64,000 bases of DNA, from positions 1,664,001-1,728,000 of the forward strand of contig CAWGHO010000003.1 in the NCBI GenBank assembly GCA_963822445.1, given 5' to 3'. The notes beneath the pieces were generated by a model that saw only the letters and a program-made list of their open reading frames with translations, did not search any database and was not told the DNA's origin. The position numbers and the translations under genes are program-made. Positions 27,466-37,549 of this stretch are shown piece by piece. Source of the stretch: an uncultured Acidobacteriota bacterium. GTDB taxonomy: Bacteria > Acidobacteriota > Thermoanaerobaculia > Gp7-AA8. Each line of letters begins with the position of its first letter. Within the stretch, counting starts at the first letter, position 1.

Positions 27466-29082
27466 CTAGATCGCGTTGACGATCTCCTCGTCCAGCCCCT
27501 TCCACTTGCGCAGGTACTCGCGGCGGTCGGTGTTGTACTTGGCGACGAGTTGCTTGTACTCGTCGAGCCTCCCCTGCCGCTCGTACATCGCTTTCGGCTG
27601 CAGGTAGTCCATGTCCTCGATGCCCGGTACTTCCGTGGCCACGAGGTAACCGAAGTCCGGATCGACGGCCCACTTGATCATCCCCTCGGCGATCGCCTTG
27701 ACCACCGCCGACGAGTGCTGGATCTTCACCTTCTTCGACCCTTCCGCCTTCCCGTCTCCGCCGATCGCGCCGGTGTTCATCAGGTAGACGTCCATCGGGC
27801 TTTCCTTCATCAGCTCGTTCATCCGGTTGCCCTGCAGCGCGTGCAGCAGCGGGAAGAACGGGTTCGTGCCCGGCACGCGCAGCGACTTGCCCGCTTCCGC
27901 GGCGCCGCCGGCGCTGGTGCCCTTGGTCTCGCCGAGCATGAAGTACGCGGCTGCCAGCGGCCCTTCCAGCTTCACCACCGCGGGGATGATGTTCTCGTTG
28001 CGATTGAGGATCAGCAGGAAGTCGACCTTCGTCACCTCACGCGCGTCCGCGGCACCGGCGATGTCCTCCATCCGGATGACGGCGCGCCCATTCGGCGTGT
28101 AGGACGTGTCGAAGTAATCGATCTTGCCGTCGTCGCTCTGGGAGACGTTCTCGAGATACGCGTGCTTCGACGCGCAGGCGTGGTAGATCGTCGGCTCATC
28201 GTTCGGATTCAGGCCGAAAGTCTTCGCGAAGCAGCCGTTCTCCGTCGCGTACACCTTGCCGCCGGGCATCAGCGCGCAGAAGTCGTCCTGCACCGGCTGC
28301 GATTCGTTCTGCTTGGTGAACGTCGTCGTGGTCTTGCCCGTGCCGGAGAGGCCGACGATCAACCCGACGCGCTTGGCGCCGTTTTCGGCAGGGCCGACGG
28401 GAATCACCTTGCAGCCCGCGTGCAGCGCCAGACCACCGCGCTCGTACACGAGCTTGTTCCACATCCGCAGCCCGCCCTTCTTCGACTCGCCGAAGTAATC
28501 GGAGTTGAAGACGCGGGTGATGTAGCTCTCGAGGTCCACCGCGATCAAACGCTCGTCCGGATATCCCTCGGCCTTCAGATTCGGCGTGTAGATGACCGTC
28601 AGCGCCGGCTCGAAGCTCTCCAGCTCCTCGGGCGTGGCCGGGTAATAGAGGATGTGCTGCATCGCGGCGATGTTGGCGTTCGCCTTCTCGATGATCAGGC
28701 GCGTCGGAACGCGGAAGGCCGGATCGTTTCCGATGAAGCCCTCGATGGCGAGCATGTCCTGCTGCCGGATGTAGTCATCCTGAATTTTCGCGATGCGCGC
28801 GTACTCGGCGCGGCTGATGGTCTGGTCGGAATGATGCTCCGGAGTATCGGTGGCGATGAACGTCGACATCTTCGAGCGCGACACCACGCGGGTGGCCACA
28901 TTGAGGTTGCCGAACTCCGTCGCGCGCGCATTGGGCATCTGCTCCGCGAACGACCTGAGCTGCTCGGGCGTCGGGTTCCAGACGATCGATTTCGGCTCGA
29001 CCGGAAGCGTCTTCTGCTGCTTCTCAGAACGGGCGGCAGGCCGCACGGAAGGCGTTGGCGTGGCGGTCACCAGGTCAGTCAT
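27466..29082 (-). CDS. pckA: Phosphoenolpyruvate carboxykinase (ATP)
   Basis: YFGESKKG, LHAG, GLSGTGKTT, QDD, ENGCFAKT, LENV, T.NGR, YLMNTG. Confidence 0.9.
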   Translation of the reverse strand: MTDLVTATPTPSVRPAARSEKQQKTLPVEPKSIVWNPTPEQLRSFAEQMPNARATEFGNLNVATRVVSRSKMSTFIATDTPEHHSDQTISRAEYARIAKIQDDYIRQQDMLAIEGFIGNDPAFRVPTRLIIEKANANIAAMQHILYYPATPEELESFEPALTVIYTPNLKAEGYPDERLIAVDLESYITRVFNSDYFGESKKGGLRMWNKLVYERGGLALHAGCKVIPVGPAENGAKRVGLIVGLSGTGKTTTTFTKQNESQPVQDDFCALMPGGKVYATENGCFAKTFGLNPNDEPTIYHACASKHAYLENVSQSDDGKIDYFDTSYTPNGRAVIRMEDIAGAADAREVTKVDFLLILNRNENIIPAVVKLEGPLAAAYFMLGETKGTSAGGAAEAGKSLRVPGTNPFFPLLHALQGNRMNELMKESPMDVYLMNTGAIGGDGKAEGSKKVKIQHSSAVVKAIAEGMIKWAVDPDFGYLVATEVPGIEDMDYLQPKAMYERQGRLDEYKQLVAKYNTDRREYLRKWKGLDEEIVNAI

Positions 29083-29179
29083 GAGAGATCCTCTTTCGGG
29101 TGGTTTTAAATCTGGATTTTCGACGCAAGGATCGCGCCGTCTTGCCGGAGGCGGCGGATTTTACAGCAAAATGGCGGCG

Positions 29180-30193
29180 ATGCCGAAGCGCCACCTGCAC
29201 CGCGCCGCACACCTGCTCGAGAGAGGGATCGACCGCCGTTTCCGAGGCCGGCCCGGCAAGCTCGTGATCAGTGCCTATCGAGGTTTCGGACGTTCCGACG
29301 AGATGCTCCTTCGAGGACGCATGCTCATGGAAAGGCCCGTGACGCGGGCCCGCGAGGCGGAGTCGCTCTGGCGCAACCTCCTCAACACCTACCACCGCTT
29401 TCAAAGCGATGAAGTCGCGGGCGCGAAGGTGCGTGCGTCCTACCGCGACGCCGTCGTGGAAACCGTCAGCGACGACGAGGGGCACTTCCAGGTCCGCCTG
29501 CAGCCGCGCGAGATGGCCGAGCACACGCTGTGGCATCAGGCGGCGATCGAGCTTCCGGACGGCGGCGTTTCCGCGATCGCCGAGGTGATGATTCCGTCGG
29601 ACGCGGCGAAGTTCGGCATCATCAGCGACATCGACGACACCATCGTCCAGACCAACGCCACGAGTCTGCTTCGAATGGTGAAGTCGATCGTCAACAACGC
29701 CGCGGCAAGGCTCCCATTCGAAGGAGTGTCCGAGCTCTATCAGGCCCTGCACGCCGGTCACAATCCGATCTTTTACGTCTCCAGCAGTCCGTGGAACCTG
29801 TACGAGTTGCTCAGCGACTACATGGACATCAACCGGATCCCGCACGGACCGATGTTCCTGCAGGACTGGGGCATCGACGAAAAGACGCTGATCCTCGCCT
29901 CGCACACGGAGCACAAGCTCGCGCAGATTCAGGCGGTCGTCGATTACTACCCGAAGCTGCGGTTCGTGCTCATCGGCGACAGCGGCCAGCACGATCCGGA
30001 GATCTACCTCCAGGTCATCCGCGCGCATCCTGGCCGCGTCATCGCCGTCTTCATCCGCGACGTCACGCCGGACGTGCGCGACAAGGGCGTGGCCCAGATC
30101 GCGAACGAGATGAAGGACCTTGGTGTTGAGATGATTTATGTGAAGGACTCGCACGAGGCCCTCACGCACGCCCGACGATTGGAGCTGGTATGA
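29180..30193 (+). CDS. App1/DUF2183 phosphatidate-phosphatase-like protein
   Basis: ISDIDDT, FYVSSSPWNLY, LIGDSGQHDPEIY, IRDV. Confidence 0.88.
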   Translation: MPKRHLHRAAHLLERGIDRRFRGRPGKLVISAYRGFGRSDEMLLRGRMLMERPVTRAREAESLWRNLLNTYHRFQSDEVAGAKVRASYRDAVVETVSDDEGHFQVRLQPREMAEHTLWHQAAIELPDGGVSAIAEVMIPSDAAKFGIISDIDDTIVQTNATSLLRMVKSIVNNAAARLPFEGVSELYQALHAGHNPIFYVSSSPWNLYELLSDYMDINRIPHGPMFLQDWGIDEKTLILASHTEHKLAQIQAVVDYYPKLRFVLIGDSGQHDPEIYLQVIRAHPGRVIAVFIRDVTPDVRDKGVAQIANEMKDLGVEMIYVKDSHEALTHARRLELV

Positions 30194-30699
30194 ACGACCT
30201 GATTCTCGAGGCGCTCCGCCTCCGCATCACCCGCGTTTTCCCCGCACAGATCCGCGCCGCGATCGCGCCGCTCACCGAGGAACAGATGTGGTGGCGGCCG
30301 AACGAGTCCTCGAACTCGATCGCGAACCTCGTCATCCACCTCACCGGCTCGCTCAATCACTTCCTGAACCGCAACCTCGGCGGCGTCGACTTCACCCGCG
30401 ATCGCCCCGCTGAATTCAGCGAGCGCAGCGAGCGGCCGAAGTCCGAAGTCCTGGCCGCGTTCGACGCCATGATCGCCACCGCCGAAGAAACGTTCTCGAA
30501 GCTGACGGCCGCGCAACTCGCCGATCCCTCACCCGAGCCGAAGCTGAACGCGAACATCTTCGAAGATCTCCTCGGCATCGCCGTCCACATCTCCAATCAC
30601 GCCGGCCAGATCGTCTGGATCGCGAAGATGCTGCAGGAAGGCTCCGTCGACGAGGTCTGGATCAAGACCCATCGCTCGGAAGGAGCCTGGAAGCGATGA
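30190..30699 (+). CDS. DinB/DUF1572 family protein
   Basis: WWRPNE.SNSIANLV.HL.G, RDR.AEF, H...HAGQI..IAK. Confidence 0.85.
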   Translation: MNDLILEALRLRITRVFPAQIRAAIAPLTEEQMWWRPNESSNSIANLVIHLTGSLNHFLNRNLGGVDFTRDRPAEFSERSERPKSEVLAAFDAMIATAEETFSKLTAAQLADPSPEPKLNANIFEDLLGIAVHISNHAGQIVWIAKMLQEGSVDEVWIKTHRSEGAWKR

Positions 30700-31625
30700 C
30701 GCGGATCGCCGTGGTCGGCGCGGGCGGCGTCGGAGGCTACTTCGGCGGCCGTTTGGCGAAGGCCGGCCTCGACGTCACGTTCATCGCCCGCGGCGCGACG
30801 CTCGAGGCGCTGCGGACGAAGGGCCTGCGCGTCGAGAGCATCAACGGCGATTTCACGATCGAATCCGTGAAAGCGACGGACGATTGCGAGACGGCGGGGC
30901 AGTTCGACGCGATTCTGATGACGGTGAAGTCGTGGCAGATTTACGACGCCGCGGTGCGCCTCGTGCCGATGGTCGGTCCGGACACAGTGGTGATTCCGCT
31001 GGAAAACGGCGTCGACGCTCCCGACGTCCTCGCCACGATCCTCGGCGCCCCACACGTCCTCGGCGGTCTCTGCGGCATCGTCAGTTTCGTCGTGGAGCCG
31101 GGGCACATTCGCCACGCGGCATCCGAGCCGTTCGTGATGTTCGGGGAACTCGACAACCGTCGCACCGCGCGCGTGGAGCGTCTCCGCGAGCTGTTCGTGA
31201 GCGCCGGAGTAAAAGCGGACATCCCGCAGGACATCCACCGCTCGATGTGGAGCAAGTTCCTGTTCATCGCCTCGCTGAGCGGCATCGGCGCATTGACGCG
31301 TGTGCCGATCGGCGAATGGCGAACCGTGCCCGAAGTGCGCCTGATCGTCGATCGCTCGCTGCGCGAAGTGGTTGCGGTCGCCGAGGCACGAGGAATCGAC
31401 CTCGGCACGGACGCTCTCGAACGAACCTGGCAGCACTACGACGCACTCGCCGCCGCGTCGACATCGTCGCTGCAGCGGGACATGATGGAGGGCAAGCCGT
31501 CCGAGCTCGACGCGCAACTCGGCGCGGTGGTGCGGTTCGCGCGGGAGAGCGGCGTCGCGACGCCCGTGACCGAGGTGCTCTACCACCTGCTTCTGCCGCA
31601 AGAGCGTCGCGCTCGCGGGGGGTAG
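30696..31625 (+). CDS. panE: 2-dehydropantoate 2-reductase
   Basis: GAGGVGGYFG, VKS, ENG, WSKF, SSLQRD..GKPSELD. Confidence 0.92.
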   Translation: MTRIAVVGAGGVGGYFGGRLAKAGLDVTFIARGATLEALRTKGLRVESINGDFTIESVKATDDCETAGQFDAILMTVKSWQIYDAAVRLVPMVGPDTVVIPLENGVDAPDVLATILGAPHVLGGLCGIVSFVVEPGHIRHAASEPFVMFGELDNRRTARVERLRELFVSAGVKADIPQDIHRSMWSKFLFIASLSGIGALTRVPIGEWRTVPEVRLIVDRSLREVVAVAEARGIDLGTDALERTWQHYDALAAASTSSLQRDMMEGKPSELDAQLGAVVRFARESGVATPVTEVLYHLLLPQERRARGG

Positions 31626-31632
31626 GGCTCAA

Positions 31633-31779
31633 AGTCTATCCTTCGGCCCGCAGGGCCGGAGGATCTCCGGTTACACCGGGTCCATGTGGCCTAACGTGTA
31701 GCGTCTTTGGGTCCGGCCGTCGCGGTGTAACCGTTGATCCTCCGCGCCCCCCACCCACCGCCCGCGCGAAGGATAGACT
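31633..31779. repeat. REP/MITE-like element related to 3948-4098
   Basis: Terminal AGTCTATCC / GGATAGACT; internal CGGTTACACCG / CGGTGTAACCG; 18-nt GGATCTCCGGTTACACCG identical to 3973-3990. Confidence 0.8.
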
Positions 31780-31804
31780 CGAGAATGTCATACCATCCGC
31801 GCGC

Positions 31805-32770
31805 GTGAATCACCCGGCAATAGAAGAAGCCAAGCGAGTCCTCGAGGTTGAAGCGGCGGCCATCCTCGGCCTCGTCGAGCATCTCGATCAGCACTTCGTC
31901 GATGCCGTCGAGCTCATTGCCACCTGCAACGGGCGGGTCGTGACGATGGGCGTCGGCAAGTCCGGGATCATCTGCAAGAAGATCAGCGCGACCCTCGCTT
32001 CGACCGGCACTCCCTCCTTCTTCATGCATCCCACCGAGGCCATTCATGGCGATCTGGGGATGCTGGTGACGGGCGACGTCGTCCTGGCCATTTCCAATTC
32101 GGGCGAGACCGAAGAGCTGATCAAGCTGCTGCCGAGCATCAAGCGCGTCGGCGCGGAGATGATCGCCATCACCGGGAACGCTGCGTCGACCCTGGCAAAA
32201 GGCGCGGATCATCATCTTTCCGCGGCCATTTCCCAGGAAGCGTGTCCGCTTGGACTCGCACCGACCGCGTCGACCACGGCGACGCTGGCGCTGGGCGACG
32301 CGCTGGCCATGGCCCTGCTCGTGCGGCGCGGCTTCAAAGAAGAAGACTTCGCCTTCCTCCATCCCGGCGGAAAGCTGGGCAAGCGCTTCCTGCGCGTTCG
32401 CGATCTCATGCACTCCGGCGATGACGTTCCGACCGTCGCTGAGTCGGCGGAAATGCACGACGTCATCTACGAGATGTCGAAAAAAGGCTTCGGAATCGCG
32501 GCGGTGATCGATGGAGAACGGCGTTTGCAGGGAGTGGTCTCGGACGGCGATCTCCGCCGGCTCCTTCAGCACGATGAACAGGTCATGAAGAAAACCGCGC
32601 GCGACTCCATGAAGCGCGATCCCGTGACGATCGCTTCGAACGAGCTCGCTTCGGCGGCGCTGCAGATCATGGAGCAGCGAAAAATTACGTCACTTTTCAT
32701 CGTCGATGACACGCGGCGAGTCGAAGGTATCATTCACATCCACGATCTCTGGGGCCTGGAACTCTTTTGA
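31805..32770 (+). CDS. kdsD: Arabinose-5-phosphate isomerase (KpsF/GutQ; SIS + 2 CBS)
   Basis: GVGKSG, STGTP, HP.EAIHGDLG, SNSGET, EACPLGLAPTAST, HPGGKLG. Confidence 0.93.
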   Translation: MNHPAIEEAKRVLEVEAAAILGLVEHLDQHFVDAVELIATCNGRVVTMGVGKSGIICKKISATLASTGTPSFFMHPTEAIHGDLGMLVTGDVVLAISNSGETEELIKLLPSIKRVGAEMIAITGNAASTLAKGADHHLSAAISQEACPLGLAPTASTTATLALGDALAMALLVRRGFKEEDFAFLHPGGKLGKRFLRVRDLMHSGDDVPTVAESAEMHDVIYEMSKKGFGIAAVIDGERRLQGVVSDGDLRRLLQHDEQVMKKTARDSMKRDPVTIASNELASAALQIMEQRKITSLFIVDDTRRVEGIIHIHDLWGLELF

Positions 32771-33123
32771 CGGACGGAAAAGCAGTTCTTCGATTTCGCG
32801 ACGGCCGCACCGAGCGCGCGACGCTGGAGCCGATCGACGCCTCGCGCGAGGTGGTCGTCGTTCAGCGCGATGACGGACCGGCTGAAGTCCCCTTTTCCGA
32901 GCTCAAGGCCGTGTTCTTCCCGCAAGAGAGCGCCGACGCGCTCGAGCCCGCCACGGGCATGCAGATCTCCGTCGAATTCAACGATGGCGAGGTCATCCGC
33001 GGGACGGCGCACTACAACCCCGAACGGAACGGCTTCTTCCTTTTCCCCGCCGACCGGAGCAAGAACGACCGGATCTTTGTTGTGAACTCGGCGATCGTCT
33101 CGATCGAAGTCGAGAAGCTGTAA
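32767..33123 (+). CDS. Hypothetical protein (DUF6982-like)
   Basis: LKAVFF, V.F.DGE.I.G, GFFLFPAD..N.RIFV; coupled to kdsD. Confidence 0.7.
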   Translation: MTDGKAVLRFRDGRTERATLEPIDASREVVVVQRDDGPAEVPFSELKAVFFPQESADALEPATGMQISVEFNDGEVIRGTAHYNPERNGFFLFPADRSKNDRIFVVNSAIVSIEVEKL

Positions 33124-33163
33124 GGCCGCTGATCCGGCCCGGTCATTGCTGAGGACTCCCATC

Positions 33164-33775
33164 ATGAAAACCACTGTCTTTCTATTGATTTGCGCCCTGT
33201 CCCTGCCCGCCTTCGGCGCGCCGATCGAGCTCGATCGCGCGGCCGCGGCGATGTCCGGGATGGAGGCCAGTTTCACCCATCGCTTCACCGCGAAAGGCTT
33301 CAAAACCAGCCAGGTCGAGAACGGCTCGGTCGTGTTCGGGGCGCTCCCCAAGATGCGCTGGAGCTACAACTCCCCCGAAAAGAAGATCTTCGTCTTCGAC
33401 GGCACGAGCTCCTGGTTCTATGTCCCCGCCGACAAGCAGGTCACCCTCGGCCGCGTCAGCGACGCCCGCAAGCGCGAGCTCCCCTTCCTCCTCCTCGGCG
33501 ACCCCGCGGCGCGCAACAAGTACTTCGTCGTGAAACAGCAAACCCGCAACGGTGCGGTCGTGACCACGCTCAATCCCCGCGACAGCAAAGCCGTCGTGCG
33601 CGCGGTCAGCGTGACCATCAACCCGTCGACGCACCTCATCTCCCGCATCGAATACACCGACCGCGAGGGCAACCGCACGTCCTTCGACTTCTCCGGTTAT
33701 CATCGCCGCGCCGCGTCGGCAGAGACGTTCCGATTCGATCCGCCGGCGGGAGTACAAGTGGTTCGCGCCGACTGA
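33164..33775 (+). CDS. lolA: Outer-membrane lipoprotein carrier LolA
   Basis: Signal peptide; A.F...G......P.MRW.Y..P....FDG..W.Y.P..KQV; F.F.PP.GV.V. Confidence 0.82.
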   Translation: MKTTVFLLICALSLPAFGAPIELDRAAAAMSGMEASFTHRFTAKGFKTSQVENGSVVFGALPKMRWSYNSPEKKIFVFDGTSSWFYVPADKQVTLGRVSDARKRELPFLLLGDPAARNKYFVVKQQTRNGAVVTTLNPRDSKAVVRAVSVTINPSTHLISRIEYTDREGNRTSFDFSGYHRRAASAETFRFDPPAGVQVVRAD

Positions 33776-33778
33776 AAA

Positions 33779-33840
33779 CAGTAGGCGGTAGGCGGTAGGC
33801 AGTGGAAACGGTTTTCCTGCCCACTGCCCACTGCCCACTG
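33779..33840. repeat. Tandem 7-mer inverted-repeat hairpin (C(A/G)GTAGG / CTGCCCA)
   Basis: CAGTAGG CGGTAGG CGGTAGG CAGTGG, loop, CTGCCCA x3 CTG. Confidence 0.85.
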
Positions 33841-33869
33841 CGAGCGCGACGCAAGGAGCGCGTACTGCC

Positions 33870-34364
33870 ATGCCCCAGGACTTTTCATTCGACATCGTCT
33901 CCAAAACCGAGATGCAGGAAGTCGCCAACGCCGTCCAGCAGGCTCAGAAGGAGCTCGCTCAGCGGTTCGATTTCAAGGGCAGCAAGAGCTCGATCGAGCT
34001 GACCGCCGAGGAGATCGTGCTGACCAGCGACGACGAGGGGAAGCTTCGCAGCGTGAAGGACATCCTCGAGTCGAAGCTGGTCAAGCGCCACGTCGCGCTC
34101 AAGGCCATCGACTACCAGAAGCTCGAGGACGCGACCATGGGCACCGTCCGGCAGAAGGCCAAGATCGTCCAGGGCATCGAGAGCGATAAGGCCAAGGCCA
34201 TCGTCAAGGCCATCAAGGACGCCAAGGTCAAGGTCCAGGCGTCGATTCAGTCCGACCAGGTGCGCGTCGTCGGGCGCAGCAAGGACGATCTGCAGAAGGC
34301 CATCGCCGTGGTGAAGGAAAACGACTTCGGAATTCCCCTCCAGTTCACGAACTACCGCGGTTGA
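33870..34364 (+). CDS. yajQ: YajQ family cyclic di-GMP/nucleotide-binding protein
   Basis: SFDIVS, EV.NAV.Q..KE...RFDFKGS, KVQASIQ.DQVRV, KDDLQ, LQFTNYR. Confidence 0.95.
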   Translation: MPQDFSFDIVSKTEMQEVANAVQQAQKELAQRFDFKGSKSSIELTAEEIVLTSDDEGKLRSVKDILESKLVKRHVALKAIDYQKLEDATMGTVRQKAKIVQGIESDKAKAIVKAIKDAKVKVQASIQSDQVRVVGRSKDDLQKAIAVVKENDFGIPLQFTNYRG

Positions 34365-34398
34365 GCGCCAAAGCCGCTATCGACTATCCTTGCGGCTC

Positions 34399-35406
34399 GT
34401 GACAGCTCCCCGCACCCTCAACGGTCACACGGCTTATGCGGACCGGCTCCTCGACCTGATCGCTCCGAAACTCGAGCTCGTCGAGGAAGAGCTGCAGCGG
34501 CATTTCCGCTCGCAGATCAGGACCATCGCCGACGTCGGGGAGCACATCCTGGCCGGCGGCGGAAAACGGCTCCGCCCCGCCCTGCTCCTCCTGGTCTCGC
34601 AGATGGTCCGTTACGACGGCTACCGCGACGTGACCTACGGCGCAGTCGTGGAGTTCATTCACACGGCGACGCTCGTCCACGACGACATCATCGATGAGGC
34701 AGACGTGCGCCGCGGCCGCACCTCGATCAACTATCGCTGGGGCAACAACCTCACCGTCCTGGTCGGCGACTACATCTTCATGCACTCGATGCACATCGCC
34801 CTCGGCGAAGGCAATCTCGACGTGCTCCGGCTCCTGTCGAACGTGACCATCCGCATGATCGAAGGCGAGATCCTGGGCCTCGAGCAAAGCGGACGCGCGG
34901 ACCTGTCGAGCGAGGATTACTTCGACGTGGTCGGCCGCAAGACCGCGGCACTGTTCGGCGCCTGCTGCCGCATCCCGGCTTACCTCGTGGACATGCCCGA
35001 GGCGCAGGCGCAGGCGCTGTTCAACTACGGATTCAACCTCGGCATCTGCTTCCAGCTCATCGACGACCTGCTCGACTTCACCTCCAGCACCGAGGTCCTC
35101 GGCAAGCCGGTGTTATCGGATCTGAAGGAAGGCAAGGTCACCCTGCCGCTGATCCTCGCCCTGCCGCGCGCAACTCCGCGCGAGCGCGAGATCGTCGCGC
35201 GCGTGGCCTCGATGAAGTCGTTCGACGGGATCGAGCCGCAGGAGATCCTGAACATCGTCAACCGCTACGACGCGCTGGAGCAGACTCGCGGAATCGCTCG
35301 CGATTACGCGAATCGCGCCCGCCGCGCGCTGGAGCCGTTCCCGGCCTCACCGGCGAAAGAGACGCTGGAGATGGCGCTCGATTTCGTGCTGGAGCGGGAC
35401 CGGTAG
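34399..35406 (+). CDS. ispB: Polyprenyl diphosphate synthase (IspB/HepT-like)
   Basis: GGKRLRP, first Asp-rich motif HDDIID..RRG, KTA, second motif FQLIDDLLD, DLKEGK.TLP. Confidence 0.88.
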   Translation: MTAPRTLNGHTAYADRLLDLIAPKLELVEEELQRHFRSQIRTIADVGEHILAGGGKRLRPALLLLVSQMVRYDGYRDVTYGAVVEFIHTATLVHDDIIDEADVRRGRTSINYRWGNNLTVLVGDYIFMHSMHIALGEGNLDVLRLLSNVTIRMIEGEILGLEQSGRADLSSEDYFDVVGRKTAALFGACCRIPAYLVDMPEAQAQALFNYGFNLGICFQLIDDLLDFTSSTEVLGKPVLSDLKEGKVTLPLILALPRATPREREIVARVASMKSFDGIEPQEILNIVNRYDALEQTRGIARDYANRARRALEPFPASPAKETLEMALDFVLERDR

Positions 35407-35414
35407 TACTGCGG

Positions 35415-35810
35415 TTAGCTCAACATCTCCATGATCTCCGACATCGCCGCGCGGGCACGCGCGTGAACGGTGTCGTTCGCGCCATCCGCTGACAGGCGGA
35501 TCACCTTGTTGTACTGCTCGATGGCCCGGTCGTACTCGCCGAGGCAGCGGTGGTAGATGTCGCCCTTGCAGAGCTTGGCCTCGAGGTTCAGCGGGTCGAG
35601 CTCGAGGATCTTGTTGAGGAAGATCATCGCCGTGTCGTACTTCTCCTCCTCCATGGCCATGCGGTAACGGAGGCGGTAGAGCGTGATCAGCTCGTTGTTC
35701 TTCGGATCGATCCACGCGCCGGGAAGGTAGGTCAGGAGCGTGGAGAGGAGGCGGCTCTTGGGAGCCACCGTGGCATTCGAGCGCTTCACCTGAATCATCT
35801 GCCGCATCAC
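35415..35810 (-). CDS. Small TPR protein
   Basis: Two TPR-like repeats (YDTAMIFLNKILELDP..AKLCKGDIY; YDRAIEQYNKVIRL); SD GGGAGG. Confidence 0.8.
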   Translation of the reverse strand: MMRQMIQVKRSNATVAPKSRLLSTLLTYLPGAWIDPKNNELITLYRLRYRMAMEEEKYDTAMIFLNKILELDPLNLEAKLCKGDIYHRCLGEYDRAIEQYNKVIRLSADGANDTVHARARAAMSEIMEMLS

Positions 35811-35836
35811 ACCCTCCCAACGTCGAATTGCTACTC

Positions 35837-35878
35837 AGTGTAGAGCGATGCGGCTTGATCGTCAAGAGGTTGACGATC

Positions 35879-35879
<1 letters not shown>
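35837..35879 (-). promoter_or_regulatory. Sigma-70 promoter of the TPR gene with an overlapping palindromic operator
   Basis: Minus strand TTGACG-17-TACACT; -35 lies inside perfect TGATCGTCAA-gagg-TTGACGATCA (35856-35879). Confidence 0.6.
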
Positions 35880-36474
<595 letters not shown>

Positions 36475-36484
36475 CCGCTCGCGC

Positions 36485-36558
36485 GAAATGCAGAATGCAG
36501 AATGCAAAATGCAGAAGGGATCATCTTTCTGCATTCTGCATTTTGCATTCTGCATTTC
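36485..36558. repeat. Tandem 7-mer inverted-repeat hairpin (GAATGCA / TGCATTC); possible bidirectional terminator
   Basis: Four (G/A)AATGCA units, loop, four TGCATT(C/T) units, between convergent coaD and oppC. Confidence 0.9.
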
Positions 36559-36568
36559 CGCGTTCGGC

Positions 36569-37549
36569 CTAAGCCGAACGCGGATCGAGCGCATCACGAA
36601 ACCGCTCGCCGATGATGTTGAACGCCGCGACCGTCGTGAAGATCGCCACGCCCGGGAAGAGCACCAGCCACCACGCATACTCGATGTGCTCGCGCGCGGC
36701 GGAGAGCATGCTTCCCCACGACGACGTCGGCAGCGGCACGCCGAGCCCGAGGAAAGAGAGTGCTGATTCGGTGAGGATGGCGACCGCCACGCCGAAGCTC
36801 GCTGACACGAGCACCGGTGCAATCGCGTTCGGCAGAAGGTGGTGGACGATGATCCGCGCGTCGCGCGCGCCGCTTGCCCGCGCGGCCTGCGCGTATTCGA
36901 TCTCGCGGATGCGCAGAAACTCACCGCGGACGTAGCGTGCCTCGTTTGTCCAGGATGTAAGGCCGAGGGCGATCATGATCGTGTACATCGACGGGCGGAA
37001 CAGCGCGACGATGCCGAGAACGAGGAAGAGGAACGGAAAGCAGAGCACGACCTCGATCAGGCGCGAGACGACCCAGTCCACGCCGCGGCCGTAGTAGCCG
37101 GCCAGTGCGCCGAGGAACGAGCCGACGACCACCGAGATCGCCGTGGCCAGAAATCCGACGGTCAGCGAAACCCGCGCGCCGTGAATGAGCCGCGCCAGGA
37201 CATCGCGCCCCAGATCATCCGTGCCCAGAAGATGTGCACCTTTCGGCGGGGCGAGGCGGCTGCCCAGTTCGATCGCGTTCGGGGAAAACGAGACCGGCGC
37301 GGGCAGCACGACCCTGGTTTTGCCGCCGGGCGCATCGATGTCCGGATCGTCACTCCAGTAGTCCGCGAACGCCGGGAAGCTCAGTCCCGTCTCATCTCTG
37401 GCGATCAGCGGCTTCCGATTCGCGAGCAACGGCGCGAGCAACGCGACGAGGCTCATCACGATCACGTAGACCAGCGCGACCGTGGCCAGCTTGCTGCGGC
37501 GGAAGCGCTTCCAGGTCTCATTCGTGGCCGATGGGTCGCGTCGCATCAC
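36569..37549 (-). CDS. Peptide ABC transporter permease (OppC/DppC)
   Basis: HLLGTDDLGRDV, GARVSL, EAA loop EYAQAARASGA, HLLPN, ESALSFLGLG. Confidence 0.92.
   Translation of the reverse strand: MMRRDPSATNETWKRFRRSKLATVALVYVIVMSLVALLAPLLANRKPLIARDETGLSFPAFADYWSDDPDIDAPGGKTRVVLPAPVSFSPNAIELGSRLAPPKGAHLLGTDDLGRDVLARLIHGARVSLTVGFLATAISVVVGSFLGALAGYYGRGVDWVVSRLIEVVLCFPFLFLVLGIVALFRPSMYTIMIALGLTSWTNEARYVRGEFLRIREIEYAQAARASGARDARIIVHHLLPNAIAPVLVSASFGVAVAILTESALSFLGLGVPLPTSSWGSMLSAAREHIEYAWWLVLFPGVAIFTTVAAFNIIGERFRDALDPRSA

Noticed and set aside
30884-31804. Long N-terminal extensions in the ORF track (kdsD, cupin, hom, kinase, murJ, prolyl oligopeptidase) as fusions
   Set aside because: They overlap other genes or repeats; better internal starts with stop-start overlaps, SDs or -10 boxes exist.
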